DNA of 64,000 nt from Marsupella aquatica (lineage: Eukaryota; Plantae; Marchantiophyta): NCBI GenBank assembly GCA_973895155.1, contig OZ316897.1, forward strand, positions 2,173,312-2,237,311, written 5' to 3'. Within the stretch, counting starts at the first letter, position 1, and each line of letters begins with the position of its first letter. Of this stretch, positions 63,767-64,000 are shown piece by piece. The notes beneath the pieces were generated by a model. That model was not told where the DNA came from, did not search any database, and saw only the letters and a program-made list of their open reading frames with translations. The position numbers and the translations under genes were made by a program.

Positions 63767-64000
63767 GTATGATTCATCTCTTGGTATGATTTGTTTTGTT
63801 TTGTTTCGATCAATTGATTCATGAACAATTTGAGTTGTTCTTGACTTCTTTACCCAACAGTGTTTATAAAGCCAAAGTTTCGTATAGCCGAGGCTCTGTT
63901 CTTTGTGAAATGACTTCGTTGGCAGAATTTTGTCAAACTATTACCCCGCGTCCCAGAACTTTCTTGGTGCCTTGTCGAGGAAGCTATCGGACAGTAGGAA

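Overview
Eukaryotic, intron-rich land-plant nuclear DNA. Gene content and style suggest a bryophyte, probably a liverwort; that assignment is inference. Left to right: a 3-exon condensation-domain/alcohol-acetyltransferase-like gene; a serine carboxypeptidase-like (SCPL) cluster with two intact 10-exon genes, one inverted pseudogene and one deleted pseudogene; a DCD-domain gene with an acidic repeat tail lying inside that cluster behind a composite satellite; an atypical 2-exon HxGH nucleotidyltransferase (NadD/NMNAT fold) next to decayed repeat-rich ORFs; then a conserved block of Mit_KHE1/DUF2343, a PAQR/heptahelical protein, class II CPD photolyase and the 5' part of a penta-EF-hand gene. 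The most striking element is a complete 329-bp non-autonomous LTR retroelement (TRIM, 35162-35490) inserted in exon 2 of an SCPL pseudogene. Both of its LTRs contain a tRNA-like cloverleaf with intact Pol III A and B boxes. A second, unrelated tRNA-like relic is amplified three times in the satellite at 14.4-15.1 kb. All exon coordinates were read by eye from GT-AG sites and reading-frame continuity.
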